In this document: positions 8,693 through 16,435 of the stretch, piece by piece
How the letters are laid out: every line of letters begins with the position of its first letter
Position numbering within the stretch: position 1 is the first letter of the stretch
DNA from: Coprobacillaceae bacterium
GTDB lineage: Bacteria > Bacillota_I > Bacilli_A > Erysipelotrichales > Coprobacillaceae
NCBI GenBank assembly: GCA_963675515.1
Contig: OY776328.1
Coordinates: 1,590,001-1,622,000, forward strand
Reading direction: 5' to 3'
DNA: 32,000 nucleotides
Notes under the pieces: generated by a model
Seen by the model: only the letters and a program-made list of their open reading frames with translations
The model's database searches: none
What the model was told of the DNA's origin: nothing
Translations under genes and position numbers: made by a program

Positions 8693-10108
8693 ATGAATAA
8701 GTTTAAATTGTTTATCGAGAACTTCATCATCTACGGCCTGGGCGGAATAATCTCCAAGATTATTCCGCTTGTCATGGTGCCTATCGTGACAAGGATGATG
8801 CCGGATACCTCATATTTCGGGATATCCGACCTGTCCAATACGATCCTGGCGCTGTGTTCGTCATTGGCGATCATGGGGATGTATGATGCGATGTATCGGA
8901 TGTTTTTTGAAAAGGAAGACGAGGAATACAAGAAGGACATCTGTTCGACCGCCTTCATTTTCACAATCTTCTCCTCGCTGGTCATCTTCGTGGCCATGCT
9001 ACTTGCCAAAGATCTGATCGCAAGATGGTTTCTAGGCGACAGCCAGTACAGTTATCTGGTGTACATTGTCGCCATCGCAGTGCTGGTGGGATCGACCAAT
9101 ACGATTGTTTCGGCTCCCACCCGGATGCAAAACAAGAGAAAGATCTATCTGATAGCCAATGCGGCCAGTCCGATTCTGTCGTACATGGTGGCCATACCTC
9201 TGTTACTTAACGGCTATTACATTATCGCCTTGCCGCTGGCCGGGATGGTGGCTGGGATAACCATGGAAATGGCCTTCGGGGTTCTCAACCGCAGCTGGTT
9301 CAGTTTCAGACGGTTCAATCCTGATTACCTGAAACAAATGCTTCTGATTGCTGTGCCACTGTTGCCAAACTTTCTTATATATTGGATCTTCAATTCCAGC
9401 GACCGGCTGATGATAACCAACCTGATCGGACTTGGAGCTTCGGGTGTATATTCGGTGGGGGCCAAGTTGGGAAATGCCAGCCAGCTTATCTACACCGCTT
9501 TTGGTGGCGGATGGCTTTACTTTGCCTTTTCGACGATGAAGGACAGCAACCAGGTCGAATCCAATTCGCGGATCTTCGAATACCTGGGCGTGATATCGTT
9601 TGTCTGCGCCGCCTTCATCTTCGCCCTGTCCCAAAGCTTCTATGAACTGCTTTTTACAGGCGAATATGTCGCCGGATATATCGTAGCGCCTTATCTGTTT
9701 CTAGCGCCACTGCTCCAGATGCTTTTCCAGGTTGCCTGCAACCAGTTCCTGGTGGTCAAGAAAACCTGGCCGAACCTTTTCATCCTTTCATTGGGTGCGG
9801 TGGTAAACGTCTTCTTGAACCTGGCTTTGATTCCAAAATTCGGAATCGAGGGGGCTGCGGTCGCTACTTTGATCGGTTATGTGGTTTCCGATATCGTGGC
9901 GGTTATTGTGTTGACCAGGATGAAGCTGATGAAGCTGCGATTGAAGTTTTTTGGGGTGTCCCTTGTCATGGTGCTGTTCATGGCAGCCTGGCGCCTTGTG
10001 GCAGTCGATTCACCGCTTCTAGGAACGATCCTGGCCGTTTGTGCATGCTTTGCGATCACATTGCCATATCTCGGTGATGTCAAAACGCTTTTAAAGAGAA
10101 AAAAATAA
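8693..10108 (+). CDS. wzx: Wzx-type oligosaccharide flippase (MOP superfamily polysaccharide biosynthesis protein)
   Basis: 471 aa and hydrophobic throughout (about 12-14 TM). The N-terminus FIIYGLGGIISKIIPLVMVPIVTRMM is typical of the family. Confidence 0.8.
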   Translation: MNKFKLFIENFIIYGLGGIISKIIPLVMVPIVTRMMPDTSYFGISDLSNTILALCSSLAIMGMYDAMYRMFFEKEDEEYKKDICSTAFIFTIFSSLVIFVAMLLAKDLIARWFLGDSQYSYLVYIVAIAVLVGSTNTIVSAPTRMQNKRKIYLIANAASPILSYMVAIPLLLNGYYIIALPLAGMVAGITMEMAFGVLNRSWFSFRRFNPDYLKQMLLIAVPLLPNFLIYWIFNSSDRLMITNLIGLGASGVYSVGAKLGNASQLIYTAFGGGWLYFAFSTMKDSNQVESNSRIFEYLGVISFVCAAFIFALSQSFYELLFTGEYVAGYIVAPYLFLAPLLQMLFQVACNQFLVVKKTWPNLFILSLGAVVNVFLNLALIPKFGIEGAAVATLIGYVVSDIVAVIVLTRMKLMKLRLKFFGVSLVMVLFMAAWRLVAVDSPLLGTILAVCACFAITLPYLGDVKTLLKRKK

Positions 10109-10123
10109 GGGAAGGTTTTAATA

Positions 10124-10615
10124 ATGAGACTTAGAAAACTGATGGAAAAGGATGCCAAATACATGCTTGAATGGATGCACGACAATGATGTCGTCAAGGA
10201 TTTAAGCGGAAACTTCGCAACCAAGCAACTTGATGACTGCATCAGGTTCATCGAACAAGCCCAGGATACAAGCGAAGATCTCAACCTTGCGGTTGTCGAC
10301 GATTTCGACGAATACATGGGGACAATCAGCCTCAAGCATATCGACCAGGCAAACTCCCATGCGGAGTTCGCAGTTGCCATCCGCTCCAAGGCCATGGGCC
10401 AGGGTTTTTCTGGCTATGGGATGAAGGAAATCATCAGGCTGGGCCATGAGCAGTACGGACTGGCATCCATCTATTGGTGTGTCGGGGATTACAATAAGCG
10501 GGCGGTGAAATTCTATGACAAGAACGGTTACAAGCGAACCACCGATGTGCCTGCAGGTCTTAAAGCCAACTATTCCAAGGAGCAGCTGGATAATTTCTAC
10601 TGGTACAAGGCATAA
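10124..10615 (+). CDS. GNAT-family N-acetyltransferase (RimJ/RimL-like)
   Basis: 163 aa. HAEFAVAIRSKAMGQGFSGYGMKEIIRLG ... AVKFYDKNGYK are the GNAT acetyl-CoA motifs. The gene lies 15 nt after wzx. Confidence 0.8.
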   Translation: MRLRKLMEKDAKYMLEWMHDNDVVKDLSGNFATKQLDDCIRFIEQAQDTSEDLNLAVVDDFDEYMGTISLKHIDQANSHAEFAVAIRSKAMGQGFSGYGMKEIIRLGHEQYGLASIYWCVGDYNKRAVKFYDKNGYKRTTDVPAGLKANYSKEQLDNFYWYKA

Positions 10616-10687
10616 GCCAATTTGTCTTGGAAAATTATAATAGGCTCGATTGAAAGCTGACCCATTATTTCACATTATACCGATATG

Positions 10688-10724
10688 GGCGCCGATGTTT
10701 ACTTCTCAGGGCGCCTTTTATTTT
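10688..10724 (+). terminator. Intrinsic terminator after the GNAT gene
   Basis: GGCGCC (10688..10693) pairs with GGCGCC (10710..10715), followed by TTTTATTTT. The loop is 16 nt. Confidence 0.4.
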
Positions 10725-10843
10725 GCCGGATTACTTGTAAAAGCGCCCTTTGGCCGGATTTGCCGGGAATCTATAGGGGAAATCATGGCTTCATACAAGT
10801 GCGACAGTGATGAAATAACAACGCATTGCTCCTTTAATTGTGT

Positions 10844-10871
10844 TTGAATTTTTAGTCAATAGTGTTATAAT
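10844..10871 (+). promoter_or_regulatory. Strong sigmaA-type internal promoter for wzy and LCP1
   Basis: TTGAAT (10844..10849) - 16 nt - TGtTATAAT (extended -10; TATAAT at 10866..10871). Confidence 0.55.
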
Positions 10872-10992
10872 CAGTTTCGTGCAAAGGACCGTTTCAGGAT
10901 GTAAAGAAGCCTGCAACGGTCAAATCATCTTCCATGTTGCGCCTCAAAGAATTAATGAAGGCAGGAACATGGGTATTTCTAGGGGGAATCAT

Positions 10993-12267
10993 ATGGAAAA
11001 CAAATATGATTATTGGTTGTTCAAATATTTATGGCTGGTCATGGTCATTCCCAAGGAGGCGCAGTTTGTCGTACTTCTGGGACTGGGTGGCTATCTGTAC
11101 TACAAATCGGGCAGGAAGTTGAGCTTTGTCGATGACATTTCCAAATTTGTCCTGATTTATGTCGCCATCAATCTGGTTTCGATTGCGATAAATTCCTTTA
11201 ATGTCAGCTCAATAAGCCGGATCGCCGCTTCCTTGAACACGGCGGCGATCTGGGTGGTGGGTGTTGTTTTTTACCGCTATTACAAGACCAGGGAGATTGA
11301 CTGGTCGAAATGCGGAAAGTACCTTTTTTACAATCTTTCCATTCTTCTTGGATTGAATATTTTGATGATGGTGCTTGTGGCTCTGGGCTTCACACATCTT
11401 TCTATAGCCGGTCTCGAGCTGTATATCGATGACTGGTTCAACGGGGTGCACACTTACCGCCTGCAGGCGTTTCTGGAATATTCCAACCTGGTTGTAATGT
11501 TGTTTTTTCTAAGTTTTCCCCTGGCATACCGCTATTTGAAGGGGAAAGTTGAAAAAACATGGCAGCTGGTGGCTGGTGCTATTTTGCTTTTTGTACCGGT
11601 TTACAATTCCAACTCGAGAATGGGAATAGTCCTGGGTGGCTTGATGGTGCTTTGGGTCATCTATGAAAACCTGGAGACAAAGTCGGATACAATATCCCGC
11701 CTGTTTACTGATGCCGGTAAGAAAATCAAAGAGGTGCTAGGTAAAAACAGGCGCCTTAGCACAGGTCTTTTGGCCCTGGGGGCAATTGTGGCAGTGATTG
11801 TGATTGTCGTAATCACGCCTAAGGCCTATGGCTTCGTGATGGATTTTGTCAATGGCCGCTCCGGCAGCTCGAACACCAGGTTTTTGATCTACCGGACAAG
11901 TATCCTAAAGGCAATAGATGACAACTTCCTGATCGGTTCGGGAATCAAAGTCCTGGCTTCCGACTATCCGGGGGCATCTTCCTGGCTGGGTGAGTTCCCG
12001 CTGGGGTCGCATTCGAGCTATATCGGGTTCTTCTACAAGACCGGGCTGCTTGGTCTTGGGGTCATCATGATCGCCCTTTTCAGGATTGTCAAGGCGGCAT
12101 TCTTGAAGCATTTCAATAAAAACATGATTATCCTGCTTGGAGTCGTGGCGATATTCCTGGCGATGGCGCTTGAAGATATCGACGGTGCCGACTGGCTTTT
12201 GGTGCTTTTTATGGCCATCAACGGAATCTATCTTCGCGAACATGAACCTGAAATTGGTACAAAATAG
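10993..12267 (+). CDS. wzy: O-antigen ligase / Wzy-family polysaccharide polymerase
   Basis: ORF 10840..12267. ATG 10993 follows AGGGGGA (10981..10987). The protein is polytopic (about 10-11 TM). It has a large loop GSGIKVLASDYPGASSWLGEFPLGSHSSYIGFFYKTGLLGLG. Confidence 0.7.
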   Translation: MENKYDYWLFKYLWLVMVIPKEAQFVVLLGLGGYLYYKSGRKLSFVDDISKFVLIYVAINLVSIAINSFNVSSISRIAASLNTAAIWVVGVVFYRYYKTREIDWSKCGKYLFYNLSILLGLNILMMVLVALGFTHLSIAGLELYIDDWFNGVHTYRLQAFLEYSNLVVMLFFLSFPLAYRYLKGKVEKTWQLVAGAILLFVPVYNSNSRMGIVLGGLMVLWVIYENLETKSDTISRLFTDAGKKIKEVLGKNRRLSTGLLALGAIVAVIVIVVITPKAYGFVMDFVNGRSGSSNTRFLIYRTSILKAIDDNFLIGSGIKVLASDYPGASSWLGEFPLGSHSSYIGFFYKTGLLGLGVIMIALFRIVKAAFLKHFNKNMIILLGVVAIFLAMALEDIDGADWLLVLFMAINGIYLREHEPEIGTK

Positions 12268-12358
12268 CTTTAGTTGCTTATATAAAATAGGTGCTAAAAA
12301 ACATCGGATTCAATGAAAAAATGCCCGCAAAGCGGGTGTAATGAAAAGAGGGATTATT

Positions 12359-13789
12359 TTGAAAAGTAAGAAATTTACGGCAGTCCTGCTGGTCATCCAA
12401 CTGCTTCTTTCAGTGCTGATGGCCGGTTTGGTGTTCAAATTGAACATTTTGCCGACCAAATACGTGGTAGCCTTTCTGGCGGTACTGGCAGTATTCATAT
12501 TGATATTGTTTTTGATCAACCACCGGATTAAAAAAGGGAAAAAAGTCCGGCTGTTTTTTGATATTGTGATCATCCTGATCAACATTTCCCTTTTGATGGG
12601 AAACTACTATTTCTATCGCAGCTACAACGCACTTCAGCAGCTTACGGCTGGTTCCAACACCCAGACCCATACCCTGGATCTGCGCGTCCTTGACGAAAGC
12701 GAGATCGAGAATGTCGCCGACCTTGAAGACAAAACGGTCGAGTATTCAAGCCAGATTACAACCGAGTATAACGGCCAATATGTTACCCAGCTGGAAAAAC
12801 AGGTGGATTGTGATTTCGTGGAAGTGACTACCTTCCAGCAGCTTATCGACGACCTTTACAATGGCAAATGCGATGCCATCATTTTGGAAGAGGCCTATGA
12901 GGGATTCCTTGAAGTACTGCACCCCGATTACCAGAATGAGACAAGAGTGATCGACACTTACGAGTTCCAGGAGGAAGTCGAGGAAGTCGTTGAAGAAAAA
13001 GAAAACAACGGCGATTCTTTCTCGGTGTTCATCTCCGGAATCGACACCTATGGGGCGATAAACACAGTCTCAAGATCCGATGTCAATATGGTCATGACTG
13101 TCAACACCAAGACCAATGAGATTCTCCTTACAAGCATTCCCCGCGATTACTATGTGACATTGCATACATACGGGGTCAAGGACAAGTTCACCCATACGGG
13201 GGTATATGGCATCAATGAGACGATTACCACTGCCGAGGATTTCCTTGATATCGATATCGACTATTATGTGAGAGTCAACTTCACTTCGCTTATCGACATC
13301 ATCGATGCCATTGGCGGAATCTCAATCTACAACTCCATCGCCTTTACCAACCGCGGCTATTCATTCCCGGTGGGACAGATCACAATGGACGGAGCCCAGG
13401 CTTTGGTCTATGCGCGGGAGCGTTATGCCTACACTGACGGAGACAACCAGCGCATCAAGAACCAGCAGACAATAATCACCGGCATCATCAACAAGGCGAT
13501 GTCACCGGCCATCCTGACCAACTACACCAACTTCCTGGATGTGGTTATGGATTCGTGCCAGACAAACATCCCGGCCGATGTTGTCACTTCGATTGTGAAA
13601 AACCAGCTTGACAGTGGCGGATCATGGAATATCGAGCATCAGTACCTGACCGGTTCAGGATCGCATTCGACAACCACTTTCTCGATGCCAGGATGGAACC
13701 TCTATGTGATGGTTCCAAACCAGTCATCGGTTGATGCGGCAGCGGCCAATATCAAGATCGTTGAAGATGGCGGCACACCGGATCTTTAG
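12359..13789 (+). CDS. LytR-CpsA-Psr (LCP) family glycopolymer-peptidoglycan ligase, paralog 1, with 3 N-terminal TM helices and an extra ~130-aa extracytoplasmic domain
   Basis: ORF 12341..13789. TTG 12359 is preceded by AAGAGGGA and is homologous to the start of paralog 2 (MKSKKFT). LCP signature: FSVFISGIDTYG..SRSDVNMVMTVNTKTNEILLTSIPRDYYV..DYYVRVNFTSLIDIIDAIGG..ALVYARERY..DNQRIKNQQ. Confidence 0.85.
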   Translation: MKSKKFTAVLLVIQLLLSVLMAGLVFKLNILPTKYVVAFLAVLAVFILILFLINHRIKKGKKVRLFFDIVIILINISLLMGNYYFYRSYNALQQLTAGSNTQTHTLDLRVLDESEIENVADLEDKTVEYSSQITTEYNGQYVTQLEKQVDCDFVEVTTFQQLIDDLYNGKCDAIILEEAYEGFLEVLHPDYQNETRVIDTYEFQEEVEEVVEEKENNGDSFSVFISGIDTYGAINTVSRSDVNMVMTVNTKTNEILLTSIPRDYYVTLHTYGVKDKFTHTGVYGINETITTAEDFLDIDIDYYVRVNFTSLIDIIDAIGGISIYNSIAFTNRGYSFPVGQITMDGAQALVYARERYAYTDGDNQRIKNQQTIITGIINKAMSPAILTNYTNFLDVVMDSCQTNIPADVVTSIVKNQLDSGGSWNIEHQYLTGSGSHSTTTFSMPGWNLYVMVPNQSSVDAAAANIKIVEDGGTPDL

Positions 13790-13805
13790 ACAGAATAAAA
13801 CAAAA

Positions 13806-13852
13806 AGCACAGAGTTGGAAAACAAATGATCCAAGTGGCTGTGCTTTTTTTT
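13806..13852 (+). terminator. Intrinsic terminator after LCP1
   Basis: agcacag (13806..13812) pairs with ctgtgct (13839..13845), followed by T8. A second nested inverted repeat gatccaag/cttggatc lies at 13828..13861. Confidence 0.5.
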
Positions 13853-13972
13853 GCTTGGATCCTTGAACAGGGATAAAACGAAGCAGGCTCCTCCATTACT
13901 TCTCAAGACCAGGAGATTGCCTGATCTATGGTTTGAAGTCATTATTACCTAGTGTAAATTTTTAGAAAAGTG

Positions 13973-14001
13973 TTACACAAGATTATAAAAAATGTTATAA
14001 T
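13973..14001 (+). promoter_or_regulatory. SigmaA-type promoter of the redox operon
   Basis: TTACAC (13973..13978) - 17 nt - TGtTATAAT (TATAAT at 13996..14001). It overlaps the inverted repeat ATTATAA-N6-TTATAAT. Confidence 0.55.
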
Positions 14002-14100
14002 GTTACCGTTAAGTTTTGTTTCTATTCTGGTGCAACCGGTCAATTGAAATCATCAAAGTTGGGGATGATATTGCCGGTTGGTGGTTTTCTTGACGTTTTA

Positions 14101-14119
14101 GGGAAGATTTAAATTTCCC
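14101..14119. promoter_or_regulatory. Operator-like 19-bp near-palindrome between promoter and RBS of the redox operon
   Basis: gggaagATTTAAATttccc: GGGAA/TTCCC arms around ATTTAAAT, 28 nt upstream of ATG 14147. Confidence 0.3.
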
Positions 14120-14146
14120 AAGACAACGAGATATAAGGAGGAAATT

Positions 14147-14818
14147 ATGGAAAGGTATGAGTGCATTGTCTGTGGCTATGTCTATGATGAGGATCTTGGC
14201 GTCGTTGACCAGGGGATAGCAAAAGGGACAAGGTTTGGGGATCTGCCTGAAGACTGGACCTGCCCCCTGTGCGGGGCGACCAAAGAGGAATTCAAGGTTC
14301 AAAGTGGCAAAAAAGCGACCAAAGAGGGGAATATGGCGCAAAATGGTCCGGTAGCTTATTCCATTGAAGAACTAGGCGCTGGTGAGCTCAGCGCCCTGTT
14401 TTCAAACCTGGCAAAGGGCTGTTTGAAACAGTACCGGGAAGTGGAGGCCGGACTGTTTGGTGAGCTTGGTGAGTATTTCGAAAATCTTGTCACCTTGCCC
14501 GAAGAACCTGGGATCAAGGATCTGGCAGATTCGATCAATGGGGATCTTGATCTCTTTTCAAGCGTGAATGCCATTGATGAAGTACTAAAGGACCGGGGCG
14601 CACTTAGGGCGCTTGTCTGGGGCGAAAAGGTTTCCCGGATCGGATTGTCCGTTCTGGGACGGTTTGAAAAGCAGGGGAATGATCTGATTGAAAACACTGA
14701 TGTTCATGTCTGCGAGATATGCGGTTTCGTCTTCATTGGCGACCGGCCACCGGAAATATGCCCGGTATGCAAGGTGCCGGCGATTAAAATAGCGAAGATT
14801 TCAAAGGAGGTCGCATGA
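14147..14818 (+). CDS. Two-rubredoxin-domain protein: canonical N-terminal rubredoxin, His-free helical middle domain, C-terminal rubrerythrin-type rubredoxin-like CxxC..CxxC
   Basis: The N-terminus is [12 protein letters not shown]...[14 protein letters not shown]. The C-terminus is [24 protein letters not shown] is AAGGAGG. The middle ~120 aa contain no ExxH diiron motif. Confidence 0.8.
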   Translation: MERYECIVCGYVYDEDLGVVDQGIAKGTRFGDLPEDWTCPLCGATKEEFKVQSGKKATKEGNMAQNGPVAYSIEELGAGELSALFSNLAKGCLKQYREVEAGLFGELGEYFENLVTLPEEPGIKDLADSINGDLDLFSSVNAIDEVLKDRGALRALVWGEKVSRIGLSVLGRFEKQGNDLIENTDVHVCEICGFVFIGDRPPEICPVCKVPAIKIAKISKEVA

Positions 14819-15990
14819 TGAAAGCGATAAGGAATATCCGGCTTTGCACCAAGGATTGTCTTTGTCTCTATGTCTGTCCCACCGGTGCCACTGACAGTGA
14901 AACGGGTCAGATCGACCAGGAAAAATGCATCGGCTGTGGTTTATGTGTGACAGCCTGCCCGTCGCATGCCATTTCAATGGTCCCTGATGTCTATCCCGAG
15001 CAACAAGCCAAGTCAATAGAAGTAAAAGCGGCACTCGAAAAACTTGCCACAAGCAAGGTTGAACAGGAGGCTATTGCCACAGCTATGGCAAATAAGACTG
15101 ACGACCCTGTTGTCAGGCAGTTGGCCAAGGCGATGAAGCTGTCGAACCGGTTAATGGCCGAGGATCTTATGCGCGAGTCAGGTTTCATGCTGCCTCAAAG
15201 CCATAATGTGATCGACCTGCTCGAATCATTGGCCAGCCAGGACCAGCCCGATGACTTTCCAAGGGATGTCGTGGATAAATTATTAAGAATACTAAAAAAA
15301 GATAAGAAAAAAGAGGAGAACAAGGTTATGGAAAAATATCGTTGCACAGTTTGTGGTTACATTCATGAAGGGCCGTTGCCTGCTGGTTTCAAATGTCCGC
15401 GTTGCAATCAACCCGCTTCGGCATTTGAAAAGGTAGAGGAAAAGCAAGCGAGCACAAACAAGTATGCCGGAACAAAAACCGAAAAGAACCTGATGGAGGC
15501 TTTCTCAGGAGAAAGTCAGGCAAGAAACAAATATACTTATTTTGCCAATATCGCCCAGAAAGAAGGATATGACCAGATTTCAGCCATCTTCCTTCAGACA
15601 GCCAGAAACGAACAGGAACATGCGAGAATCTGGTATGAGGAACTGGGAAATCTTGGCAGCACGGCCCAAAACCTGCAACATGCGGCCGAAGGTGAAAACT
15701 ACGAATGGACCGACATGTATGAACGGTTTGCCTCAGACGCCATTGAAGAGGGATTCCCTGAACTGGCGGCCAGGTTCAAACGGGTCGGAGAGATCGAAAG
15801 AGCCCATGAAGCCCGCTACCGCTACCTTTTGAACAATGTCGAAATGCAAAACGTCTTTGAAAAGAGCGATGAAGTCATGTGGGAATGCCGTGTCTGCGGC
15901 CATCTTGTAATGGGTAAAAAAGCTCCGGAAGTATGCCCGGTATGCAAGTATTCTCAGGTTTATTTTGAAGTCAGAAAAGAAAACTACTGA
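14815..15990 (+). CDS. Fusion protein: 2x[4Fe-4S]-ferredoxin-like domain - helical domain - rubredoxin-like domain - rubrerythrin (diiron four-helix bundle) - C-terminal rubredoxin domain
   Basis: Cys clusters: [12 protein letters not shown] and [12 protein letters not shown]; then [14 protein letters not shown]. Rubrerythrin motifs are [24 protein letters not shown] and [10 protein letters not shown]; then CRVCGH..CPVCK. The start overlaps the upstream stop (ATGATG / TGA at 14815..14820). Confidence 0.85.
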   Translation: MMKAIRNIRLCTKDCLCLYVCPTGATDSETGQIDQEKCIGCGLCVTACPSHAISMVPDVYPEQQAKSIEVKAALEKLATSKVEQEAIATAMANKTDDPVVRQLAKAMKLSNRLMAEDLMRESGFMLPQSHNVIDLLESLASQDQPDDFPRDVVDKLLRILKKDKKKEENKVMEKYRCTVCGYIHEGPLPAGFKCPRCNQPASAFEKVEEKQASTNKYAGTKTEKNLMEAFSGESQARNKYTYFANIAQKEGYDQISAIFLQTARNEQEHARIWYEELGNLGSTAQNLQHAAEGENYEWTDMYERFASDAIEEGFPELAARFKRVGEIERAHEARYRYLLNNVEMQNVFEKSDEVMWECRVCGHLVMGKKAPEVCPVCKYSQVYFEVRKENY

Positions 15991-16303
15991 TTTTAGCCGG
16001 TGACATTACCGCAACGAGCTGTTGTGGAAAATGCATCTGTGGCTACTTGGATTATCAATTTTCAAGTTGCAGGGAAATCTGCAAAGCAATATCAACCAGT
16101 CCCGGATATTTGGAAGACAAAGAAACCAGGACTGGTTTTTTAATGACCGGAATCATGTCGGGGATGACAGGTTCACAAACAGACAAGGTGTCAAAGTGGA
16201 CAATAAAACAACAGGATATGACGGGCCAGGATGCAATGACTGTTTGTCCGGGTCTAAGAGGGTAAAATAATCCGGAATGTCCTGATGTTTTTCTTCTATG
16301 TTA

Positions 16304-16332
16304 TTGACACAAAAATGCCAATATTATACTAT
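16304..16332 (+). promoter_or_regulatory. Candidate promoter of glycan module 2
   Basis: Perfect -35 TTGACA (16304..16309). Possible -10 elements are TATACT (15-nt spacer) or TACTAT (17-nt spacer). Confidence 0.3.
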
Positions 16333-16435
16333 TAGATAGTTATATTGGACATTTGTCTATATCACAGTGGGGACTTGTCAAAGCCTGACTTGAAAATGTC
16401 AATTGTCCAGAATTTATACAGCGCAAAGGAATACT

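Noticed and set aside
10650-10847. 65-aa ORF in the GNAT-wzy spacer
   Set aside because: It spans the terminator hairpin and the -35 element, and has no SD and no motif.
12310-12585. Minus-strand ORF 12310..12585 and its look-alike 21110..21514
   Set aside because: Both are antisense to the 5' ends of the two LCP paralogues. They resemble each other only because the sense genes are paralogous.
16022-16270. ORFs 16022..16270 and 16047..16265 (82 and 72 aa)
   Set aside because: They overlap each other in different frames, have no SD and are compositionally odd. They are treated as non-coding or a possible gene remnant (see findings).
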